From positions 61,020,464 through 61,084,463 of the forward strand of contig NC_043011.1 of the NCBI RefSeq assembly GCF_006345805.1: a DNA stretch of 64,000 bases, in the 5' to 3' direction. Source of the DNA: Octopus sinensis. Lineage: Eukaryota. Numbering within the stretch: the first letter of the stretch is position 1; each line of letters begins with the position of its first letter. The position numbers and the translations under genes were made by a program. Under the pieces are notes generated by a model. It was given only the letters and a program-made list of their open reading frames with translations. It ran no database searches and was not told where the DNA came from. Shown piece by piece: positions 63,877 through 64,000 of the stretch.

Positions 63877-64000
63877 AAGGCGGCGAGCTGGCAGAAACGT
63901 TAGCACGCCGGGCGAAATGCTCAGCGGTATTTCGTCTGCTGTTACGTTCTGAGTTCAAATTCCGCCGAGGTCGACTTTGCCTTTCATCCTTTCGGGGTCG
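63877..64000 (+). mobile_element. SINE family A, young copy, cut by the window end
   Basis: AAGGCGGCGAGCTGGCAGAAACGTTAG (A-box-like)..CTGAGTTCAAATTCC (B box). Confidence 0.9.

Overview
Eukaryotic, AT-rich, microsatellite-saturated DNA with no intact host gene that I can recognise. The SINE, LINE and microsatellite content looks like a coleoid cephalopod, probably Octopus (inference from memory of the repeat families; not checked). Recognisable contents: two 5'-truncated RTE-clade LINEs, CR1/L2-type LINE fragments, three R4/Dong-type fragments, two mariner fragments, at least three tRNA-derived SINE families (two in tandem multimers), small Helitron-like elements, a 70-bp GC-rich minisatellite with higher-order structure, and a ~3-kb head-to-head Penelope-like (GIY-YIG) palindrome. 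Almost all ORFs in the supplied track are microsatellite read-throughs or TE fragments. The main observation is a recurring architecture. Four inverted-repeat structures with unrelated sequence (689-1439, 25645-28608, 48583-48875, 50792-51212) each carry a minimal type I hammerhead-ribozyme (HHR) motif, or a remnant of one, in both arms. Every motif reads outward and has a palindromic stem III, and two families use a U3-A8 variant core. A second clear observation is a SINE 3' tail that matches the 3' end of a CR1/L2-type LINE in the same window, with a covarying stem-loop. Coordinates were counted by hand, and TE boundaries are approximate.
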